Shown one piece after another: positions 45,666 to 60,495 of a stretch of DNA of 64,000 nucleotides (within the stretch, counting starts at the first letter, position 1; every line of letters starts with the position of its first letter). The DNA is from Octopus sinensis (Eukaryota), in assembly GCF_006345805.1 (NCBI RefSeq), contig NC_043018.1, forward strand, positions 23,126,001 to 23,190,000. The letters are read 5' to 3'. Made by a program: the position numbers and the translations under genes. The notes beneath the pieces were generated by a model, which was not told where the DNA came from, ran no database searches, and saw nothing but the letters and a program-made list of their open reading frames with translations.

Positions 45666-46024
45666 ACTCTTTTACTTGTTTCAGTCATTTGACTGCGGCC
45701 ATGCTGGAGCACCGCCTTTAGTTGAGCAAATCGACCCTGGGACTTATTCTTTGTAAGCCCAGTACTTATTCTATCGGTCTCATTTGCCGAACCGCTAAGT
45801 GACGGGGACATAAACACACCAGCATCGGTTGTCAAGCAATGCTAGGGGGACAAACATACATATACATATATACGACGGGCTTCTTTCAGTTTCCATCCAC
45901 TCACAAGGCATTGGTCGGCCCAGGGCTATAGCAGAAGACACTTGCCCAAGATGCCACGCAGTGGGACTGAACCCGGAACCATGTGGTTGGTTAGCAAGCT
46001 ACTTACCACACAGCCACTCCTGCG

Positions 46025-46026
<2 letters not shown>
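45666..46026 (-). mobile_element. SINE family A
   Basis: Full-length copy embedded in (TA)n on both sides. Confidence 0.86.
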
Positions 46027-46061
<35 letters not shown>

Positions 46062-46212
46062 CATCATCATCGTTTAACATCCGTTTTCCATGCTAGCATG
46101 GGTTGGACGGTTCGACCAGGGTCTGGGAAGCCAGAAGGCTGCACCAGGCTCCAGTCTGATCTGGCAGTGTTTCTACAGTTGGATGCCCTTCCTAATGCCA
46201 ACCACTCCGTGA

Positions 46213-46274
<62 letters not shown>

Positions 46275-46499
46275 TGTGTGTATATGTTTGTGTGTCTGTG
46301 TTTGTCTCCACCCCCACCCCCAACATCGCTTGACAACCGATGCTGGTGTGTTTATGTCCCTGTAACTTAGCAGTTCAGCAAAAGTGAGCGATAAAATAAG
46401 TACTAGGCTCATAAAGAATAAGCTGTGGGGTGATTTGCTCAATTAAAGGTGGTGATCCAGCATGACCACAGTCAAATGACTGAGACAACAACTAAGAGA

Positions 46500-46530
<31 letters not shown>

Positions 46531-46674
46531 CTATGAGTATATTTAGACCTTTTATAGGGATATTTTTTATCCAAGATACACTGGTTTAAAAATATTGTAT
46601 TTTGAAGATATTTCTTCAATGAATATATTATATAAAATATGAAATATCAAATATTATTTTTGAAATATCAAATA

Positions 46675-47047
46675 TAAGTTTGAAAATGGAAAGATCTAAT
46701 GGATACAAATTAATTTATTAATTAATTAACATCTTCACCTACAATTGTTTCATTTCTCAACCAAAATTAAAACTACAAAACATATATAAATATATAATTT
46801 TGCAATTTAAAATACCTTGGGTGGAAAATCATCAGGGTATACAATAGGACAATACAAGGATTACATTATGATCCCTTGGAATACTCCAATATACTCAGAA
46901 TCCAAGGTATTTTAAAATACAAGATTATATATTTATATATGTTTTGTAGTTTTAATTTTGGTTGAGAAATGAAACAATTGTAGGTGAAGGCATTGATTAA
47001 TTAATAAATTAATTTGTATCCATTAGATCTCTCCATTTTCAAACTTA
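46675..47047. mobile_element. Foldback/MITE with ~145-bp terminal inverted repeats
   Basis: taagtttgaaaatgg..atctaatggatacaaattaatttattaattaat...aaaataccttgg at 46675-46820 is the reverse complement of 46900-47047. TA at both ends. Confidence 0.8.
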
Positions 47048-47361
47048 ATAATAATAATAATAATATACATAAATCCAAACTTAGGGAACAGAGTGGGTAA
47101 AATCCAGGCTTACATGTTTCCTAGTATGGATGGATAGATGGATATATTTTTGGCTTGATAGTTACCTAGTGGAGTACTTCTCATTGATTAATTACTACTT
47201 TTGAGGATCTGCTAGCTAGGAAACCTTTGTAGCCTGGATTTTACCTGCTCCATTCCTTCAATTTTGACTTTTATTTGCATACACAGCAAACCCAGCTGTT
47301 GACCGTGAACGATAAAATAACCTTTTTAAGCTTATCAAACTTTGATATGGGAAATGTTTAC

Positions 47362-47519
47362 GAGTGGCTGTGTGGTAAGTAGCTTGCTTACCAACCACAT
47401 GGTTCCAGATTCAGTCCCACTGCGTGGCATCTTGGGCAAGTGTCTTCTGCTATAGCCCCGGGCCGACCAATGCCTTGTGAGTGGATTTGGGAGATGGAAA
47501 CTGAAAGAAGCCTGTCGTA

Positions 47520-47606
<87 letters not shown>

Positions 47607-47823
47607 AGTGTGTTTGTGTGTCTGTATTTGTCCCCCTAGCATTGCTTGACAACCGATGCTGGTGTGTTTACGTCCCCGTCACTTAGCGGTTCAGCAAATG
47701 AGACCGATAGAATAAGTACTGGGCTTACAAAGAATAAGTCCCGGGGTCGATGTGCTCGACTAAAGGCGGTGCTCCAGCATGGCCACAGTCAAATGACTGA
47801 AACAAGTAAAAGAGTAAAAGAGT
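47362..47823 (+). mobile_element. SINE family A with expanded internal (TA)n
   Basis: Near full-length copy. Confidence 0.86.
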
Positions 47824-50766
47824 AACCTTCTAAATCAATAAACCAATGCTGTTCCTGAATGTTGTTTTTATACATTCTACAGGCTGCTTGAAGCTTACTA
47901 ACTTCCTACACATTGATCTTACTTTTACACTCCCTCCACACACAGACGCATGTGTATGTGTGCATTCATTCTTACATACATACATACACACACACACACA
48001 TATGTATATATATATATATATAAACATCAGACTAGAGCCTGGTGCAGCCTCCTGGCTTCCCAGACCCAAGTCAAACCGTCCAACCCATGCTAGCATGGAA
48101 AACGGACGTTAAACGATGATGATGATGATACATACACACACACAGCACACACATATATATATATCCATATACACACAGATGTATGTGTATTCATACAGGC
48201 ATACATACATACATACATACATACACACATACATACATACTTACATACATACAAACATACACACACTCATACACACATACATACATACATACATACATAC
48301 ATACATACACGCACACATACATACATACATATATGGGGGAGGAGCGCGCAGGTGATGAAATGAAAAAGTTTGAAAGAAAGAAAAAAAGAAAAAAAAAGAG
48401 AAAAAAAAGAAGGAAGAAAGAAAGAAAGAAAGGAGAGAAAGGAAGACGGAAAGAAAGCGAAAGGTTAAAAATATATAGTAACCAACAAACAAATCAACAA
48501 AACAAACAAATTAAAGCCAAGGGAGCGAACCAGTGCAGTCGTATTTCACTCGGTTGCAACGGTAACTGTTAAACGGTGTAAACGGTGTGAAACAATGATT
48601 GCTCCCCGTGGTTTAGCGTCAGCAACCTGTGTCCTATCATGGATGGCACAGCTGATGGTTAAGTAACTTCACTGCGAAGTTTCGCTGGATTTCCAGTCTC
48701 TGGAAGATGAGCACTGCTCCTCAAGTCCTCAGGTAGGTCCTGTTGGTTTCTTTGGTACGGTCGTTGAGAAAGGAATCGGTTTATATACGTGTGTATATAC
48801 GCGATAGGCTTTTTCGTGGTCTCTTTCCCCCCCTTCCTTCCTCCATAGATGTAGCTTTAGTGTTTAAATGTAAACGGTAACAGACTATATATATATATAT
48901 ATATATATATTTACGAATGTATGTTAAACATGTTATATATATATATATATATACACTGTTGTTTATATATGTATCTATATACATATGTGTGTGTGTGTAT
49001 AATATATATATAGATAGATAGATAGAACTTATTTATATATATATATATATTGTGCAATAACTTATTCAGTGTATATCCACATAAAATACATCTGTGTGTG
49101 TGTATATATATATATATATATACACACACATTTACTCTACAACATTGATATACTTAAAATTCTCGTACACAGATTCGCAATACCGTGTGTGTATATATAT
49201 ATATATACATACACACACACACACATATATATATATTTATATTTTGTAGATAATCTTATTAATTCACACACTCAGTTTTTATATACACATACACTTACTC
49301 GCTATATAATGTATAATTCATACACAATATATGCTCTGTCTTTCTATATATATATATATATATACACCCTATACACTTTTATTAATTCATACACTCACTT
49401 TTTTTATATACACATATACTTGTACTATATGTTGCGTATCATATATATATATACATGTGAATATATACATACATAGAAATACACACTATATATATATAAT
49501 ATATATATATATACGTATATACACATCTAAAATATACGCACTTCATGGTACAAATGTAATCTGTAACATAATATTGTATTCATTCTCCACTTTAACCAGT
49601 TTAAATACAGCCATCTTTCCTGGCAATAACAACGTAGCGTGTTCGATCCCAGCAAGAAGTAATATAAGAAACAGAAAAAGGTATTAAAAGAGAAATTGAA
49701 ATACACTTATTACAGCACATAATTATAAAATGAAGTGGCCTTAAAGTGAGGGTCTCGTTTTGTGTGTCGCATCTGTTTGAAACTGATCCCTCATTTGTTT
49801 GTCCCTACCCCTATGTGTGTCTTTTTTTCTTTGAAAAGAAAAACAGTCTTGCCTTATTCGTTTACTAATTTAACTTAACTCCAAGTGTTTATAATAATGC
49901 TATTATAATTTCTATTTTTAGCCTACTTTTAATATATATATGTGTATATATATATATATGTTTGTCTCGATCCTTGTTCGTAGATGTACATAGAATATAT
50001 ATAACATATAATAATGTACACGGATATGTATGTGTAAACGTGTCTCTCTAAAAATATGTATACACACACACATATATAATACATGCATTCAAGCACATAT
50101 ATTTATATACACACACATATACACAAGTATGCATATAAACAAATATACATTTCTACCTATCTATCTACACACACACACACACATATGTAATCGTTTACCA
50201 GGAATACATGCATTCAAGCACATATATTTATATACACATACACAGATATGCATATAAACAAATATACATTTCTACCTATGTCTACCTATCTATCTACACA
50301 CACACACACACATTTGTACACAAACACACACACATAAACCATACATGTATGTATCTATCTATTCCTCCCCGTGGTATGTGGATTGTGGTTGTATAAATGC
50401 TGTGTTCCTTTCTGTCGAATCTTGATGGAATATCTCCGACATCTCTGGCATAAATGTATTCTTTTTCACACACACACACACACACACCATGAATTTTTCT
50501 CCTCTCTTATTTAATTAATGCCGTTGTCATTATCTTCGTAATAATGTTCTAAGAAGATTGGTAGCAGATGATCACCACCATCATCATTATTATTATTTAT
50601 TATCCATCACAACAATATTTTCTTTTAAATTTCTTCCCCCAACTGCATGTGTGAGCGTGTTATGCCACACACACACATATATATCTATATATATAAACAC
50701 ATAGACAAAGAGAGAGACAGCTAGCTATCTATCTACACACACTCCCAAATTACATATGTGTGTGTA

Positions 50767-50820
<54 letters not shown>

Positions 50821-51364
50821 ACTACGGTTGTTGGGTAGCGCTAGGTCCGGCCTGATTTCAAAAGAGCTACGATCAAATGTGTTTACAGGCGTGCCTCATC
50901 CGTGACCATCCCGTTTATTATTCACACGCGACGTATGTCGGACTCCAGTTTCCAAACAGACTTAGGCACTACTGTAAGTCCCTAGATACGTCATGTGTGT
51001 TAAAAATGCTGTATGTCCACCGATTTAACATCGTCATACACTGGTCGTACTCTTGTGGTGTGTATATATATATATACTATATATATATACTATATATATA
51101 TATATATATAATATATATATATATATTGCTGGTTGTATTACCGCTGGTGCAAAGAAACAGAGGTGATTCACTCTCTCTCTCTCTTGTAAATGCTACAAAG
51201 CTAATAAATAAGCTGCCTCTGTGGTTTTTCGACATTTCTAATGATTAATGAATATTTACACTTTACTCTTTGTATTGAGTACTTAAATATCTTGTTCGTG
51301 TATTCGTACGCGCGTGCGCACATCCACACCCCCACACACTATATACATACATGTTTACATACAG

Positions 51365-51409
<45 letters not shown>

Positions 51410-53023
51410 TATATATATATACTCCATGGCATCAATGTGTTTTTCTGATTGTGTATTTGATGTAGTTTTTCTGTACTTTTATTATATTGTGTGCTCAATT
51501 TGTGTGAGTGTATATATATATATATACGTACATATATACATGTAGATGTAGGTACGTACATATATGTTTGTATGTATGCATATATTTTTATTTATCACAT
51601 TATATATATATATATATATTATATATATATATATATATAACACACATACATACGCATTATGAGATAGATTTTGAAGGTATGTTTACATGTTCACATCATG
51701 CTGTGTGTGTGTGTATACATACATACACCCACACACACACAACAGTGAGGAACAGGGACAGGTGTGTGTATATATACGTGAGTGAATGTGTGTGTGTGTA
51801 TATATATATATGTATATATGTACATATGTGTGTGTGTGTGTGTAGATTTCTGTCATGTTGGAACCTTTAATAGCAAAAAAATGGCGGCTGTGGTGAATGT
51901 TTAACAACAACTGTTATTATCGTTAATGCCTGGTTGTTGTTGGACTCTTTCTATAGCCACTTTTCACCCTACCTGTTATATATATATATAAATAATATAT
52001 ATATAATATATATCTATCTATATATATATGTGTGTGGGTGTGTGTGTGTAAATATGTATACACAAACACGTGTGTTTGAGTGTATTATTCACGTATATAA
52101 ATAACATGTACTTGTGTTTGTATATATATATATACGTAGGTAATGTGTTTCTGCGTGTATACATACATACATACACACATATATATATATGTATATATAT
52201 ATAGAGAGAGAGAGAATATGTGCGTGTTTATATATATATATAAATAAAACGTACGTGTATTTGTAATTTGTGTTTGTTAGGTGTATATAAAGAATATAGG
52301 TTCCTAATATTTGTGTGTATATATAAAATATGGTATGCATTATTTGTATGTGTAACAACATACGTATTACCTTTATTGGGTGTTCTGTCAATTTTTCTGT
52401 CTATACAAATAAAAATTTCGTATGTTTACATAATATTTGTACATTTATGTATCGCATATACATACACGTGTATCTATATACATATATATATTATATATAT
52501 ATACTCTCTCTCTCCTCACACACGCAGTAAAATATCTAACCACCTTTACTCGATGTTTTTAGTTTCGACATTTCGTCTTGATACGCAGTTTTCTCAATTG
52601 TTATACACTACATCCTTCCCTGTACACGTATACACACACACACACTTACACATTTCCAGTCGTATATACAACACAGTACGCCACACGTCCATACATACAT
52701 ACCTACATACATGTACATACACATACGTTCATTATCACAGATCGATAATCGAGATGATTGTGTTTACCACCATTTCTCTTGTAGACACGCACCAGCCACA
52801 CTCGTCTAGATGCTTCTGTTTACTAAATAGAATAACACACACACACACACTATAGCAGTTCATATGTATATATATGACATATATACATACACACCTCCTC
52901 CACGTTCACACATTGGTCTAGATGTTTCTCTTCGTTACAAAGAACAAGCACTACTATAAAGACGATTCTGGTCATCATCATCATCATAGTCGTAATATAA
53001 ATATCGTCACGACAAACCCCACT

Positions 53024-53054
<31 letters not shown>

Positions 53055-53149
53055 CCTACTGTTGTTATTTTGAGACTTGAAGGATGTCTATTTCGTAATA
53101 ATGACTTACTATGATGAAACTTCAGTTGTGTGTGTGACCTGGCTGTAAT

Positions 53150-53245
53150 GTTTATAGCTATCTATCTACCTATCTACCTATCTATCTATCTATCTATCTA
53201 TCTACCTATCTATCTATCTACCTATCTATCTATCTATCTACCTAC

Positions 53246-53285
<40 letters not shown>

Positions 53286-53393
53286 ATCTACCTATCTATC
53301 TATCTATCCATCTATCTATATCTACCTATCTATCTATCTATCCATCTATCTATATCTACCTATCTATCTATCTATCCATCTATCTATATCTAC

Positions 53394-53427
<34 letters not shown>

Positions 53428-53556
53428 GACTATCTACATATCTGTTTGTCTATCTATCTACCTATCTATCCATCAATCTATCCATCCATCTATCTATTTA
53501 CCTATCTGTCTATCTATCTATCTATCTATCCATCCATCCATCCATCCATCTACCTA

Positions 53557-53588
<32 letters not shown>

Positions 53589-53645
53589 TCTATCTATTTA
53601 TCCATCAATCTACCCATCTACCTATCTGTCTGTCTACCTACCTAC

Positions 53646-53716
<71 letters not shown>

Positions 53717-53845
53717 CTATCTATCTATCTATCCATCCATCCATCCATCCATCCATCCATCCATCCATCCATCCACCTACCTGTCTGTCTGTCTGTCTGT
53801 CTGTCTACCTATCCATCCATCCACTATCTATCTATCTATCTATAT
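53150..53845. repeat. ~700-bp compound (TCTA)n/(TCCA)n/(TCTG)n tetranucleotide repeat
   Basis: Read directly. It produces the IYLS ORFs. Confidence 0.92.
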
Positions 53846-54431
53846 ATATATATATATAGTGTATGCGGGTTTATATATGACCTGGCTGTCACAGGATTTG
53901 TTATATATATATACATACATACATATATCTATCTGTGTATGCGCGTATGTAACGTATTTGTGTGTTTACAATTTATTTAACAAACGATTTTTGCTTAAAC
54001 GTGGGATGCACAAACACACACTCACACACTTTTTTTTTGACCAGAAGTGGTTGTGAAATATTTTCACAGACACACTGTAGTCGCGGATGGGGGGGGGGCA
54101 TGTGTATATCGACACACGCAGTTTATAACACAGGCGGGCAGGCAGGCATGTATACACACACATACTTGTATACATATATATATATATTAATAAATGAAAT
54201 AAAACATATGCATATATATAAACATATATGTACGTACCTACCTCTACATGTACATATACACGCATATATGAGTACAGGACACCAAAGGGACGTCGAACAC
54301 AAAGAGAAACGAAAACATAGTCACAAACCAAAGGAACTGGACATTTTTACACACACATGCTGTGTGTATATCATACAAAATGCAAACACATCACGGAGAG
54401 CCAGCCTAATACTGCTTCTGTTGCACATAAC

Positions 54432-54496
<65 letters not shown>

Positions 54497-54576
54497 CGGA
54501 ATCGATCCATTCGACTAAAAATTCTTCAAGGGGTTGCTCCGGCATGGTCGCAGTCTAGTTACTGAAACAAGTTAAG

Positions 54577-54607
<31 letters not shown>

Positions 54608-54837
54608 GTATTTTCTGTACAATGTTTATAGAGGTGGATCTTAAACTTATTATTTATTATTCAGTCCAGTTGCATTTTTTTTTGGGTGGGGAGCGTGCAG
54701 TTATTTCACTGAGGAGACTTTGTGTTCAAGTGTGTTTCAGTCGTGGCCACCTCGACTCTTCCTGTGACATTCGGATGTAATTTATGGGGAAATTTGCAAT
54801 TTCTTTTGCAGATCGGGCGACCAACCTCGTATATGTT

Positions 54838-54894
54838 GGCTCATGTTTTTGTGATGTTTGTGTATAATAAATAAATAACTATATATATATATAA

Positions 54895-54930
<36 letters not shown>

Positions 54931-55045
54931 GTATGTATGTTTATATGTATATATGTATGCACACTTTGATATTACCTTAAAGGAATATGAATGTTGGTTC
55001 ATGTTTTTGTGATGTTTGTGTATAATAAATAAATAACTATATATA

Positions 55046-55088
<43 letters not shown>

Positions 55089-55138
55089 ATATGTATATAA
55101 ATATGCACACTTCGATATTACCTTAAAGGAATGTGAAT
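54838..55138. repeat. ~160-bp direct tandem duplication
   Basis: tcatgtttttgtgatgtttgtgtataataaataaataac...atgcacactt.gatattaccttaaaggaat.tgaat occurs twice. Confidence 0.8.
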
Positions 55139-55487
55139 ATATCTCTACAACATCCATAGTTAGCTGTGGTTGGCTCTGTCCACTGAAGCAGTTTGTTACA
55201 TGGATGTCTGATGTAACACCCTCGTACACACACTGTGCGTGTGTGTGAGATAGCCATTTTACTACACCCTTGCTTTTTCAAGATTATTTATTATCGTTGT
55301 TGTTGTTGTTGTTATTATTATTTACTTTTATCATTTTCAATCTCCGTTCGCTCCCTAATCCCTATTTTCAGTACCACCGACCTTAATTGACCTGGTCTCG
55401 ACCTAACTTAAACTCCGTTCTCGCTTTCCCCCTCTCTCTTCAAATTGTAATGTTTAATCTAATTCTGAGTCACGTATGTAATTATTT

Positions 55488-55539
<52 letters not shown>

Positions 55540-58112
55540 GTGTGTGCATATCCGTCTTTACTTGAAAATCGCGGTGCAAGTCTGAAGGCTGTCGTATATT
55601 ATTGAATCTCACAAACTACATATTGCTATAAATATAAACATTCTCTCACTTGTCATGCTTAAAATGCACGCTTAACTGATTTCTTTCAAGAAAATGAATA
55701 CACACACACACATACACACAGATATGGTGTGCATATTTAGAAAAGAAGGTATAGATATTGATTCTATTAATTCTTTCCTATTCTTCCTCCAACTTCTGTA
55801 TCCTCTTCACAAAAATACGCACGTTTATATATGCAAAGGCGTGAAATTGCTGCGATCCTTCGGATGATAATTGACGGGGATTCGGCGACATTCTCTGTGT
55901 GTTTACCGGGTTTTTTTTCCCCCGTTTGTTTATGCTTATATATTTTATGTGTTTTTTTAACGAACGAACGCACACACACACATACTCTTATACACACCCA
56001 GACCACACATCCATCTATATAAGACAAGACGCACACACGTACACATGCATGCAGACACGCGCACACAGACAAGTCCACATTCATTTGAATGGTCAGCCTC
56101 TAAGAAATGTTTAAGACAAACTGACCTGCTAACGCTGACCTTTATTTGCTGACAGTGTGGTCTGTTGTATTATCTGAGTTCTTGTTTAGCCCCAGGTCAG
56201 TCTTGGTCGAGCAGACCTGTAATGAAAGTCGTTCCTGTACGATGTGTTACATTCATTACTTAACGTGTCTTGTCTTTATGGTAGAGTGATTTGAAGGAGA
56301 TTTGGCTGAAGTTTCTTGTAGATCTGCCTGGTATCTGATGGGTCTTTCCTCTTGTAGACAAACTATAATGCTAGTTTTTGTGGTAGTACACACACACACA
56401 CACACACGCGCACACAGTTATATACGCTTATCTAGCTATCTGTCACACCATCATCCTGTCGCCCTCACCCGTTTCCGAGTATTTCTCCGTGACCAGATAT
56501 GTTTTCATGTAAGATTGGAATCAAAAGGACACAGCTTGCATAACGGTGACACTTGTTTACAACTATCACAGTATCAAGGCAAGGAGATTGTAACACACAC
56601 ACACACACACATGTATAAATGATGTGTACTCACACACAGCAGGCTTCTTTCAGTTTCTATCTATCAAATCCAGTGATATTTTTCCGAGGTGCCATGCAGA
56701 GGGACTGAACCCTAGACCATGTGGTTGGGAGGCCAACTTCTTACCATACAGCCATGCCTGCTCCTAGCCTTTCTCCCTCTGTATGTTTGCGTGTGTGTGT
56801 GTGCATGTATATATATATATGCATACATACATGTACACACTAGTAGTATTGTCCTTAGGCATTGGCACACCAGGCAGATTCACCCCCAGGTGTGTGTGTG
56901 TGGGGGGTGTTTAGGGGTCCAGCATCGGTAACTAAATACTATAGGACCCCAGTGTGATGCTTTTCCTGAGAGGCCTATAATGTTGTTAAAATGGCTCTGA
57001 CCAGTTCCAGTACACACATACACATACAAGGGTGTGTGTATGGTAAGATGCTGCTTCCAAACCACATGGTTCCGGGTTCAGTCCCACTGCATAACACCTT
57101 GGGCTGGTGTCTTCTGCTATAGCCTTGATCCAACAAAATCCTTGTGAGTGGATTTGGCAGATGGAAACTGAAAGAAGCCCATTGTGTGTATGTGTGTGTG
57201 TATGTATGTATATATATATATATATATAGAGAGAGAGATTTGTGTGTCTGTGTTTGTCCCCTCCCCTCACCATTGCTTGACATGTGACGGTGGTGTGTTT
57301 ATGTCCCCATAACTTGGTGGTTTGGCAAAAGATCTGATAAAATAAGTACTAGGCTTAAAATAAGTCTTGGGTTGATTTCTTCGACTAAAACCCTGTAAGG
57401 CAGTGCTCCAGCATGGCTGCAGTTGGCTGAAACAAGTAAAAGAAGAAAAGTAATATATAATATATAAATATCATCATCAACATCATTTAACATCCGCTTT
57501 CCATGCTAGCATGGGTTGGATGATTTGACTGAGGACTGGCGAGCCAGATGGCTGCACCAGGCTCCAATCTTGATCTGGCAAAGTTTCTACAGCTGGATGC
57601 CCTTCCTAACGCTAACCACTCCGAGAGTGTAGTGGGTGCTTTATCAATCATCGCTTAATGTCATGGGTAGGACAGTTGACAGGAGTTGGCCAGGTAGAAA
57701 AATTACCCTAGGCTACTGTGTCTGTTTTGGCACAGATTTTACAGCTGGATGCCCTTCCTAACACCAACCACTCCTCAGAGTGGACTCTGCTTTTTACATG
57801 GCACTGGCATGAGTGAGGTTAGTTTTGGCATTATTCTTACAGCTGGATTCCCCGTAAACACCATCCACATTACAGTGTGGACTGGATGTTTTAAACGTAT
57901 ATCTTGTTTATCTTTGTTTCAGTCATTGGATTGCAGCCTTGAAGGGTTTTACTTGAACAAACTGACTCCAACACTTTTTTTTTTTTAAAGTTTGGTATCT
58001 TGTCTCTTTTGCCAAACCAGAGTTATGGGGACTTAAGCAAACCAATGCTGGTTGTCAAGTGTTGGGGGTATGACAACAAATGCAAAGAGACACACACACA
58101 CATACACATATA

Positions 58113-58328
58113 TGAGGGGGTGCTGAAAACTTTCTGGTTTTGAGTAAAAGAAAATGCCGGAGGTTCACATAATTATGGTTTTATTCAGCATATTCCCCTC
58201 TCAGATTCACACACTTATTGCAGCGGTCCTTCAGTTTTTCTAAGCCCTGCAAAAGAACTTGGAAGGTTAGGCCTCCAACCAGGCCTTTCGTGATCCCCTT
58301 AAAGCCAAGAACTTTTCAGCACCCTCTT
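58113..58328 (-). mobile_element. Non-autonomous mariner derivative (MITE) retaining the transposase C-terminus
   Basis: TIRs gagggggtgctgaaaactttctggttt / aaagccaagaacttttcagcaccctc. The minus strand encodes QGLEKLKDRCNKCVNLRGEYAE*, a mariner C-terminal motif. Confidence 0.75.
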
Positions 58329-58392
58329 GTGTATGTCTTCCATGCAGTTTGTCTGCCAATTTCATTCACATGGCATTGGTCAGCCAGGAGCT

Positions 58393-58760
58393 ATCATCAT
58401 CATTTAACGTCCGTTCTCCATGCTAGCATGGGTTGGACAGTTCGACCGGGGATCTGGGAAGCCAGAAGGCTGCACCAGGCTCCAGTCTTATCTGGCAATG
58501 TTTCTACAGCTGGATGCTCTTCCTAATGCCAACCACTCCGTGAGTGTAGTGGGTGCTTTTTACGTGCCACCCGCACAGGTGCCAGGCGAGGCTGGCAACG
58601 GCCACGGTTGGATTGGTGCATTTTACGTGCCACCAGCACAGAAGCCAGTCGAGGCGGCGCTGGCATCGGCCATGATTTGGATAGTGCTTTTTACATACCA
58701 CCAGTCCAGGGGTCCTGGCATCTGCCGGGTGCCAGTCATAGGATTGGTTCAATTTCGATT
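58393..58760 (-). mobile_element. Family B retroposon
   Basis: (CAT)n at left, then conserved domain and modules. Near-identical to 63543-63990. Confidence 0.83.
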
Positions 58761-59352
58761 CCTATTTCGATTTCACTTGCCCCATGTACAGTGGGACTGA
58801 ACTTTAAACCATTTTTTAAATTGATCCTCTTACCCAATAGTCTCTTAGGTATGTCAAATATATTGCTGCTAAATATAGCATACGCTGATATGTGGCTTCA
58901 CTGAAAAGGTCTTATAATACTGAAACATGTTGTGAGTCATGTAAGATACACTGTGTAGAATATTAAATACTTTTGATTCCTCATTACCTTAATTACGATG
59001 TCCCTAATTTGAATGACAGTTTTGTAGTGCTCTTTGTTAAGGTCTCCTTGGTGTTGCCTGTAATAATGTTTTATTTCTTTCTGTTTATATTTATTAGTGG
59101 TTGAGATTGTTGCACAGTCCTTGACCATCCCTGATTGACCAGAACTATCTTGCTATGATCAAAGATCTAGATGTGACCCTCCAGGTTTTTTTGTGTATCT
59201 CAGGCCACAATATCAGATGTTCTGCCTTTTGGTATGCTGTCATTATGTGTCTCTAGGCCAGCTTTGATCAATCTTTTGGAATTGAGGTTGTTGGCTTGAC
59301 TGATGTGGTCTGATCCACAGATCCAGCTTCCCAGTTACAACCATATCTCTGC

Positions 59353-59572
59353 TTAACCCTTTAGTGTTCACATTATTCTGCCAAAATTAATGGCTTTTTC
59401 ATCCTCATTGTTTTGAACTAATCATGCATTATCTTGTAGCTATGAGATTTTGATGAGGTAGCTGTTAATTTTTAAAACGATATTGTAGGGTTGGTGTGAG
59501 AGACCAGATATGTCTAATTTGAACATAAAACAGGCAGAATACTTTTGGCCGGTTTAAATGCTAAAGGGTTAA
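59353..59572. mobile_element. piggyBac-type MITE with TTAA at both ends
   Basis: ttaa|ccctttagtgttc ... atgctaaaggg|ttaa. Confidence 0.8.
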
Positions 59573-60495
59573 ATGAGGATCATACTGTATGTTCTGATTT
59601 GCAGTCATGGATCATATGTAATGCAGTGTGGCAGTCTAGTCATATGTCACTCTCTCACCACTGTCCAATCTGTTCCTCCATGCCTGTTGGTTGTGGTGGT
59701 GGCCACAGCAGGCATGAGCATTAGTGACTCGGTCAGTAGATCAATATGATAGTTTACTCTCCCTCTGCATCTATTGTTGATGGTCAGCACTTCAGCAGAA
59801 TGTTTGGAGCTTGCAAGGCTGTTGATATTACAGCTGTTTCTGTGTCTATGTGTTCCTTATAGTTGTCTGGGTGAGAGAGAGCTAATGTTTTCGGGTATTA
59901 ATGTAGTTATACTGTGGGCGAGTGTTAAAGCACCATTCGAGCGTAATTGTTGCCAGTGCTGCCTGATTGGCTCTCATGCTGGTGGCACGTAAAAAGCACC
60001 ATTCAAGCGTGGTCGATGCCAGTACCGCCTGACTGGCCCTTGTGCCGCCGGTGGCACGGATAAAGCATCTACTACACTCTTGGAGTGGTTGGCATTAGCA
60101 AGGGCATCCAGCTGTAGAAACATTGCCAGATCAGATTGGAGCCTAGTGCAGCCTTTGGCTTGCCAGCTTTCAGTCAAACTGTCCAACCCATGCCAGCATG
60201 GAAAGCAGACGTTAAACGACGACGGTGATGATATGCGTATTTGAAAGTGGTTTGATAGTAGGGGCTGTGGGAACTGAACTGGTTGTGGCAACAAATTGTC
60301 ACTTGCATGTCTAATGGAGTGGCTTTCAATTTTTGGTATTTTCTTTTATTGCAAAGGATGTTAGTGAGTGTCGTATGTGTACAGCCTCTCGTAGTACTCA
60401 ATGTATTGCTTTGTGCTCCTTGTATTTATTATGGCAACATGTAGGGAGAGGTGCAGGTTGGACTAGCAGCATACTTTGTGATGGATCGAAAGATC

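Noticed and set aside
50820-51060. Structured ncRNA
   Set aside because: It partly matches a dispersed degenerate repeat (aggtc.g.cctgat...gtgaccatcccgt) also seen near 19730, 36380 and 56190. No known RNA motif was recognised.
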